The position numbers were made by a program, and so were the translations under genes. Below are positions 63,118 to 64,000 of a DNA stretch of 64,000 nucleotides, piece after piece (position 1 is the stretch's first letter; every line of letters starts with the position of its first letter). Below the pieces are notes generated by a model. It made no database searches, had not been told where the DNA came from, and worked only from the letters and a program-made list of their open reading frames with translations. The stretch spans positions 155,356 through 219,355 of the IMG/VR virus record IMGVR_UViG_3300008110_010000, one strand, 5' to 3'.

Positions 63118-64000
63118 TTGGCACAAAAAACCAGACCGGAACTTAAGATACGTTTCCAAACCGGGGACATCCCAACACAGCAGGATTTTGAAGATTTAAT
63201 TGATAGTCAGTTCAATCTGATAGAAGATGCCCTAGTTACCGGACCTACCGGAGCTACTGGACCTCAAGGTCCTCAGGGTTACACTGGTGCAACCGGTGCA
63301 ACAGGAGAAACCGGAACATCAGGAACATCAGGTGTTAATGGTACTTCTGGGACTTCAGGAGCTAACGGAGCTGCTGGAGCTACTGGTGCAACTGGGGCAA
63401 CTGGTGCCGCTGGTGCCGCTGGATTAAATGGTGCCGCTGGGCCAACTGGTGCTACTGGTGCTACTGGTTTAAATGGAGCTATCGGTGCTACCGGGGAAGC
63501 TGGTACTTCAGGTACTTCTGGTGCAGCTGGTGCAGCTGGTGCTACAGGTAATCCTGGGTCTTCTGGAACCTCTGGGGTTTCAGGAACCTCCGGTGAATCT
63601 GGTGCTGCTGGTTCTTCTGGTACTTCTGGCGTTGGTATACCCTCAGGGGGAAATATAGGTCAGGTTTTAGCTAAAGCAAGCTCTACTAGTTATGATGTAG
63701 CCTGGGTAGATCAAACTGGAGGTGGCGGAGGAGGTTCTAATGGAACATCCGGTACATCTGGTAACTCTGGATCTTCTGGTACTTCCGGTAACTCTGGATC
63801 TTCTGGTACATCTGGAACTGATGGACAATCTGGTTCTTCTGGTACATCTGGAACTGACGGACAATCTGGTTCTTCTGGTACATCTGGTGAGTCTGGAGCA
63901 TCTGGTTCTTCTGGTACTTCTGGAACTGACGGACAATCTGGTTCTTCTGGTACATCTGGAACTGACGGACAATCTGGTTCTTCTGGTACTTCCGGTAACT
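63118..64000 (+). CDS. Collagen-like (Gly-X-Y) fibre protein, 3'-truncated, absent from the supplied ORF track
   Basis: The TTG start gives MAQKTRPELKIRFQTGDIPTQQDFEDLIDS, then about 44 GXY triplets (63241-63636), a PSGGNIGQVLAK...W knob, and more GXY to the window end. Confidence 0.85.
   Translation, partial: MAQKTRPELKIRFQTGDIPTQQDFEDLIDSQFNLIEDALVTGPTGATGPQGPQGYTGATGATGETGTSGTSGVNGTSGTSGANGAAGATGATGATGAAGAAGLNGAAGPTGATGATGLNGAIGATGEAGTSGTSGAAGAAGATGNPGSSGTSGVSGTSGESGAAGSSGTSGVGIPSGGNIGQVLAKASSTSYDVAWVDQTGGGGGGSNGTSGTSGNSGSSGTSGNSGSSGTSGTDGQSGSSGTSGTDGQSGSSGTSGESGASGSSGTSGTDGQSGSSGTSGTDGQSGSSGTSGN
63802..63981 (+). repeat. 36-bp tandem repeat x5 (four near-identical SGTSGTDGQSGS copies and one variant)
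   Basis: Unit tctggtacatctggaactgacggacaatctggttct. Confidence 0.9.

Noticed and set aside
63473-63972. ORFs 63473-63658, 63667-63972 and 63737-63955 with 12-aa periodicity
   Set aside because: Off-frame readings of the collagen-like gene starting at 63118.
63748-64000. Tandem repeats as a CRISPR array
   Set aside because: No unique spacers; the units are in-frame coding repeats. The same applies to 4946-5452 and 39891-40001.
1-64000. Stop-codon reassignment, as in some large Bacteroidota phages
   Set aside because: Coding density is high under code 11, multi-kilobase ORFs are uninterrupted, and TAG and TGA both end genes cleanly before the next start.

Overview
This is an AT-rich, densely coding 64 kb segment of a large T4-like (myovirus-type, probably jumbo/huge) bacteriophage genome. 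It uses the standard genetic code and is almost entirely on the + strand. A Bacteroidota host is inferred from Hc1-like, DUF4494-like and Bacteroidota-type ribosomal S1 genes and from A-rich leaders that mostly lack Shine-Dalgarno sites. 1-44350 is a baseplate/neck/tail-fibre module: gp53-, gp27-, gp5-, gp13-, gp25-, gp6- and gp3-like genes plus several 700-2500 aa virion proteins. It is interrupted by an S1-domain protein, an amidoligase-like protein and an antisense PhoH. 44343-49300 is a recombination/replication block (RuvC-like, gp32, gp61, UvsY, UvsW). 49330-59746 is an island of late-promoter-driven genes, many with N-terminal leaders resembling the T4 capsid-targeting sequence. It includes an RNA-ligase/nucleotidyltransferase fusion and a metallopeptidase + vWA + MoxR AAA trio, and is my best candidate for an undescribed system (virion-packaged, injected cargo). 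59874-64000 holds HSP20, an MBD4-like glycosylase, a LETM1-like ORF, the N-terminal half of a split family B DNA polymerase, a dimeric dUTPase/dCTPase and a truncated collagen-like fibre. Three promoter classes are visible, plus hairpins that could gate translation of two late genes. No tRNA, rRNA, CRISPR, intron, intein or transposase was recognised. All family assignments come from motif recognition by eye, with no database searches.
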